A stretch of DNA of 64,000 bases from Macrostomum hystrix. Its lineage: Eukaryota > Animalia > Platyhelminthes. Location of the stretch: the NCBI GenBank assembly GCA_950097015.1, contig CATNEN010000024.1, positions 2,356,001-2,420,000 on the forward strand. The letters run 5' to 3'. The position numbers and the translations under genes were made by a program. The notes under the pieces were generated by a model. The model was given only the letters and a program-made list of their open reading frames with translations. It ran no database searches and was not told where the DNA came from. Positions 60,016-64,000 of this stretch are shown here, one piece after another; within the stretch, counting starts at the first letter, position 1; every line of letters begins with the position of its first letter.

Positions 60016-63000
60016 TTTATGCAAGCCTGCAATTCATTCCGATTCCGTCCTTTGATTGCGTGCTAGTAACAGTGTGTTTGATCCAAGCGGTGCTATAAAA
60101 TGCGCTTGCTACACTCGCCCCTCTCTCTCCCTCTTATGCATATTTCTGGGTGCATCTTGTACCAGTCCTTTTTGCGGCCTGCCTTACCGACTTTTTACTT
60201 CTTATCTTGGTAGCTGTGCTTGTTTAGCTGGACCCTGTGCCTCGTGTAATATTCACCAATATTCAAGGCTCCACCGTGATTTAAACCTTTAGCGGCTACC
60301 CTTTGATAGTCAGTGTACCCTGGAATTCTTGAGTATTTTAGCAGGTTAATTATGTACTAGATAGACTATAGCTTCTGCTGCTTCTGTCACTGAATTTGTC
60401 ACTGAATTTGAATTTAAAGGCACCAGTAGATCTGTTTTTTATCTAATTGAGTCTTTATGGTCTAGAATATACTTATGGCCATGCCGCTCAGTTCATTAGC
60501 TACATTATTAGTACTCGGTGGCAGTCAATTAGTCATTTATTGTTACATTTTATTTAGTCAGGCAATTTTGGGCAGTTTATCTGTCCGCGTCTGTGTTGAC
60601 GCTGTCTTGTTTGGCCCAGAAGTACAAAATGACAGAAGAGATAGTAGATAGATATATTTTGCTAATTCAAATCTGTTCTGGTTACTAACGCGATCAGTTA
60701 CCTGGTTTTGTTGTTAGTTTCTTGTTATTTTACTGAGATTTAATTACGCGCTCTACCCAACAGGTTGCGCTAAGTAGCGTTTTTAATCTAACATTGGGTT
60801 GTAGCCATATGGTTAGTTAGAGCGTTGGACTCACGACTTGAACGCCCGGGGTTTGACTCCTGGCTCCACTGGAACAAGTTGGTGTCCTTTAGCAAGGCAA
60901 TTTGCTCTGCATTGCTTCAGTTCAATCAGTTGATTAAATGGCTACCAGCATCAGCTGGGTTAATTCCAGTCGGTTGTGTTGTGTCACCCTCCCCCAGTCC
61001 ATGGACCGAATAGCGTACTCAGCCTTCAGATACACCATGCAATGGCTGTGGCTGTGCTGTCGGCTGCACATCTGTCCCAACTAGCCCAGTTTAAATCACT
61101 TATTATGATTATTATTATTACTGACGTGAGGTTTAAAATAGGTTCCTCTATCTTCAGCTTTATAATTGGGAGTTTTTTAAGTTGCTCACCTGAGAATTTA
61201 TATTCCTCTCATCTGAGATTTCGCTCTCCTCTCACCTGAGATTTCGCTCTCCTCTCATCTGAGATTTCGCTCTCCTCTCACCTGAGATTTCGCTCTCCTC
61301 TCACCTGAGATTTCGCTCTCCTCTCACCTGAGATTTCGCTCTCCTCTCACCTGAGATTTCGCTCTCCTCTCGCCTGAGATTTCGCTCTCCTCTCACCTCA
61401 GATTTCGCTCTCCTCTCACCTGAGATTTCGCTCTCCTCTCGCCTGAGATTTCGCTCTCCTCTCACCTCAGATTTCGCTCTCCTCTCATCTGAGATTTCGC
61501 TCTCCTCTCACCTGAGATTTCGCTCTCCTCTCACCTCAGATTTCGCTCTCCTCTCATCTGAGATTTCGCTCTCCTCTCACCTGAGATTTCGCTCTCCTCT
61601 CGCCTGAGATTTCGCTCTCCTCTCACCTGAGATTTCATACTCTTCTTACGTGAGATTTCGCTCTCCTCTCACCTGAGGTTTTACATTCTTCACACCTGAT
61701 GTTTTGCCTTCCTCTAACCCGAGGTTTTACCTTCCTCTCACCTAAGGTTTTACATTCCTCTGACCTGAGGTTTTACATTTATCTCACCTGAGATTTCGGT
61801 CTCCTCTCGCCTGAGATTTCGCTCTCCTCTCACCTGAGATTTCGCTCTCCTCTCGCCTGAGATTTCGCTCTCCTCTCAACTGAGATTTCGCTCTCAGTGT
61901 GGGATGGGAATACAATCGAGTCAAGAGGTGGGACCTCTCACCTGAGGTATTACATTCCTCTCACCTGAGGTTTTACCTTCCTCTCACCTAAGGTTTTACA
62001 TTCCTCTGACCTGAGGTTTTACATTTATCTCACCTGGGATTTCGCTCTTTCTCAAATGAGATTGCGCTCTCCTGTCTTGAGTTTGAATACTAGACTTTCA
62101 GCTTATGTAATTCGATAATCGCTCTTAACACCCCCTCAACCGCAGCCTGGACTGTGTGGGCATACTGAAGCTGCGCAATGCCGATGTTGAACAGAAGCGC
62201 GGAGCTGGCAAGAATCGCAAGAAGAGCATCAAAGCCAGGCTGGTGTTCCGGGTTAACCTGCCGATGGGCGGAGGGAATTTTATCACGCTCCAAGCCGTCT
62301 CAGATCCCATTGTGTGCAGTGCGTTTTCTTTCTACTCTTTGTCTTATAATCCTATGTTTTTATAGAACCTAATCCCATGCCTCTCCCGTACCCCTTAGCA
62401 ATGATCTCATAGCTATTTAGGATCCCCCAGAAAAAATCTTGTCTCTCTACGATTCCTCAAGAAATAATCGCATGCCCCTTTGGAGCCCCTGCAATAATCT
62501 CTAAAATCCCTAGGATCCATCTATGATCCCATACTTCTCTATCACCCTGTAGTTATAATCCTATGTCTCTAGGACCCTTATGTTGATAATCCCATGCCAC
62601 TCTGGAACCCCAGTTTGATAATCCCATTCCTCTCTAGAACTCCAGTTTGATAATCCCATGCCTCTCTAGAAACCCAGTTTGATAATCCCATGCCTCTCTA
62701 GAACCCCAGTTTGATAATCCCATGCCACTCGTGAACCTCAGTTTGATAATCCCATGCCACTCGTGAACCCCAGTTTGATAATCCCATGCCACTCGTGAAC
62801 CTCAGTTTGATAATCCCATGCCTCTCTAGAACCCCAGTTTGATAATCCCATGCCACTCGTGAACCCCAGTTTGATAATCCCATGCCACTCGTGAACCCCA
62901 GTTTGATAATCCCATGCCACTCGTGAACCTCAGTTTGATAATCCCATGCCACTCGTGAACCCCAGTTTGATAATCCCATGCCACTCGTGAACCTCAGTTT

Positions 63001-64000
63001 GATAATCCCATGCCTCTCTAGAACCCCAGTTTGATAATCCCATGCCACTCGTGAACCCCAGTTTGATAATCCCATGCCACTCGTGAACCTCAGTTTGATA
63101 ATCCCATGCCACTCATGAACCTCAGTTTGATAATCCCATGCCACTCGTGAACCCCAGTTTGATAATCCCATGCCACTCGTGAACCCCAGTTTGATAATCC
63201 CATGCCACTCGTGAACCCCATTTTGATAATCCCATGCCACTCGTGAACCTCAGTTTGATAATCCCATGCCACTCATGAACCTCAGTTTGATAATCCCATG
63301 CCACTCGTGAACCCCAGTTTGATAATCCCATGCCACTCGTGAACCCCAGTTTGATAATCCCATGCCACTCGTGAACCCCATTTTGATAATCCCATGCCAC
63401 TCGTGAACCTCAGTTTGATAATCCCATGCCACTCGTGAACCTCAGTTTGATAATCCCATGCCACTCGTGAACCCCAGTTTGATAATCCCATGCCTCTCTA
63501 GAACCCCAGTTTGATAATCCCATGCCTCTCTAGAACCCCAGTTTGATAATCCCATGCCACTCGTGAACCCCAGTTTGATAATCCCATGCGTCTCTAGAAA
63601 CCCAGTTTGATAATCCCATGCCACTTTAGAACCCCAGTTTGATTTATCCCATTCCTCTCTAGGGATCGATTGCAATCGATGATCGCATGAGCGCTAATCC
63701 CAAATCCCCGCAGCTCAACCTGTCGGCTCGCCGGAGATGCACAGAATCTCCATGATGGAAGGCCCCTGCCATGGCAACGAGGATCTATTCATCATTGGCA
63801 AAAACTTCACCAAGGGCACCCGAGTAATATTCCAGGAATACATGGAGAGCAAGGGCATTGTGTGGGAGGCCGAAGCCAAGGTTGAGTCCGAGTATTTCTC
63901 TCAGACTCACCTAATCTGTAGGATTCCGCCTTACGGCAATCCGGATTTGAGGAATCCCCTAACAGTTCAGGTGATCATCCATTGCGGCCCGCGCGTGTCC
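50840..64000 (+). CDS. NFAT5: NFAT5/TonEBP-like Rel-homology transcription factor, 3'-incomplete; exons 50840-51698, 51793-52270, 53095-53350, 59559-59752, 62146-62318, 63714->64000
   Basis: Poly-Q N-terminus; RHD ([57 protein letters not shown]); IPT ([25 protein letters not shown]); phases consistent; true 5' end uncertain. Confidence 0.9.
52450..52668. repeat. Minisatellite, 21 bp (gagtgggatagctgacagatt)
   Basis: ~10 units in intron 52271-53094. Confidence 0.95.
53385..54118. repeat. Minisatellite, 38 bp (ctcccagattccctcactcagatcctcaggccgtcact)
   Basis: Begins ~35 bp after the 53351 donor. Confidence 0.96.
55462..59420. repeat. Minisatellite, 30 bp (ctgaa[t/c]cctcccagatcc[t/a]caggttgta[c/t/a]t), ~132 units with a 1260-bp higher-order repeat
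   Basis: No indels in phase; variant pattern recurs at +1260. Confidence 0.97.
59868..59950 (-). mobile_element. 3' fragment of SINE family B
   Basis: Reverse complement cagtccatggactgaacagccgtacgcagccttcagat...gctgtgctgtc matches 60990-61060. Confidence 0.6.
59974..60013. repeat. (TG)n microsatellite
   Basis: ~19 perfect units. Confidence 0.95.
60798..61120 (+). mobile_element. tRNA-derived SINE, family B, near full length with (TTA)n tail
   Basis: gtagccatatggttagttagagcgttggactc (A-box-like), ggtttgactcc (B-box-like), central gtgtcctttagcaaggca...aaatggctacc, tail attattattatta. Confidence 0.75.
61205..62065. repeat. Minisatellite, 23 bp (ctcacctgagatttcgctctcct) with degenerate segments
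   Basis: Ends ~80 bp before the 62145 acceptor. Confidence 0.93.
62580..63655. repeat. Minisatellite, 32 bp (ccccagtttgataatcccatgccactcgtgaa)
   Basis: Fills intron 62319-63713. Confidence 0.95.

Noticed and set aside
60798-60870. tRNA gene candidates (also 34939-35000 and SINE A heads)
   Set aside because: A/B boxes continue into multicopy SINE bodies with tails; no complete cloverleaf seen.

Overview
Eukaryotic (animal) genomic DNA with GC-rich exons, AT-rich GT-AG introns and about 19 minisatellite arrays. The style resembles a free-living flatworm such as Macrostomum, but that is inference only. Spliced genes were reconstructed by eye: a diverged RAPGEF2/6 (PDZ-GEF)-like gene (+, 21-11618), two tandem PLAC8/cornifelin-like paralogues (-), SCAMP (-), CIAO2B/FAM96B (+), a candidate PAXX/XRCC4-family gene (+) and an NFAT5-like gene (+) that runs off the right edge. 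Mobile DNA includes a very young full-length Ty3/Gypsy element (38450-48515, 633-bp LTRs differing at one visible site) with an extra orphan ORF. Its pol is interrupted by an intact IS630/Tc1-mariner transposon with unusual DD33E spacing and 144-bp TIRs. Also present are a decayed THAP/P-element, MITEs with 8-bp TSDs, two tRNA-derived SINE families and an HSP70 5' fragment. The most striking unexplained structure is the minisatellites: seven arrays share a CCCAGATCCTCAG-type core that always reads on the sense strand of the host or nearest gene, and arrays tend to sit next to splice sites. All alignments and counts were done by eye, so boundaries may be off by a few bases and family assignments rest on recalled motifs, not database searches.
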